Assembly (NCBI GenBank): GCA_025922945.1
Contig: JAICGW010000001.1
Location: forward strand, 1 to 60,999
Direction: 5' to 3'
DNA from: Acidimicrobiia bacterium
GTDB taxonomy: Bacteria; Actinomycetota; Acidimicrobiia; Spongiisociales; ZC4RG35
Length of the DNA: 60,999 nucleotides
Made by a program: the position numbers and the translations under genes. The notes under the pieces were generated by a model that was not told where the DNA came from, did no database searches, and saw nothing but the letters and a program-made list of their open reading frames with translations. Below, in pieces: positions 60,840 through 60,999 of the stretch (position 1 is the first letter of the stretch; every line of letters begins with the position of its first letter).

Positions 60840-60998
60840 CTAGCGCGATCTGCTCGCGAATCCCTGATGTAAGAACAGTCTGAGATTCTCGGTGACCTCC
60901 CGCAGTCGCTCCGGGGCGGCGATAGCCGACCGGGCGGCCGACATCGTCACGTCATGGATCAAGCGACCGGCGAGGTCGGGTGCGATCGGTCGATACGT
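60840..60998 (-). CDS. 3' end of a CDS running off the window (partial, 52 aa)
   Basis: Open frame TYRPIAPDLAGRLIHDVTMSAARSAIAAPERLREVTENLRLFLHQGFASRSR ending at TAG (60840-60842). No family assignment. Confidence 0.25.
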   Translation of the reverse strand, partial: TYRPIAPDLAGRLIHDVTMSAARSAIAAPERLREVTENLRLFLHQGFASRSR

Positions 60999-60999
60999 C

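Overview
High-GC chromosomal segment that looks actinobacterial. Markers: a WhiB regulator, the tiny ribosomal protein bS22, a GlnR-like regulator next to glnA, a 6C-like RNA, an F420-type LLM oxidoreductase, a PAC2 protein and Lnt. It is densely packed with about 70 mostly housekeeping CDS in short operons, many with 1-8 nt start/stop overlaps, plus one tRNA-Pro(CGG). Recognisable modules: thrB; csoR-copZ-copA copper operon with a CsoR-type operator; M3 peptidase, amidohydrolase and IMPase; lnt; a WYL regulator-DUF72-ASCH operon divergent from a DrrAB-like ABC exporter; an OmpR/HK two-component pair with a small membrane protein; acs-GNAT-YcaQ; thiolase; dGTPase-like HD protein; phnDCE; a second ABC-2 exporter; dnaX-ybaB-recR; gabD-like ALDH, HAD, nitroreductase and glpX; methylmalonyl-CoA epimerase; murJ, PHP and cyclophilin; ask-asd; CAP-domain protein; class III cyclase with a Toprim protein; NfeD; whiB, Nudix, MBL and Mrp; IscA/ErpA, RidA and ALDH7-like; glnR-like and glnA; corA. 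I saw no transposase, integrase, phage genes, CRISPR array or recognisable defence genes, and I cannot point to a convincing new multi-gene protein system. Four things are not explained by ordinary gene annotation. (1) A dispersed family of GC-rich elements occurs at four loci. It has terminal inverted repeats (CCGTTTCTCCCCCC / GGGGGGAGAAACGG) and G-run-flanked mini-hairpins with GNA triloops whose stems covary. One copy sits in frame inside dnaX and one forms the tail of the murJ ORF. (2) Two AT-rich arrays of TCAGATG-like heptads lie in intergenic gaps and share the half-site GATGTCA with the palindrome in the WYL-regulator/ABC promoter region. (3) Two genes (copA, the glnR-like gene) have conserved N-terminal structure encoded upstream of any canonical start codon, right after the stop of the preceding gene; the Nudix gene also lacks a canonical start just after the whiB stop, but its upstream extension is not shown to be conserved. 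(4) Lnt has Cys to Ser at the nucleophile position, and Mrp/ApbC lacks the second Cys of its CxxC motif. All family calls come from motif recognition by eye; no searches were run.
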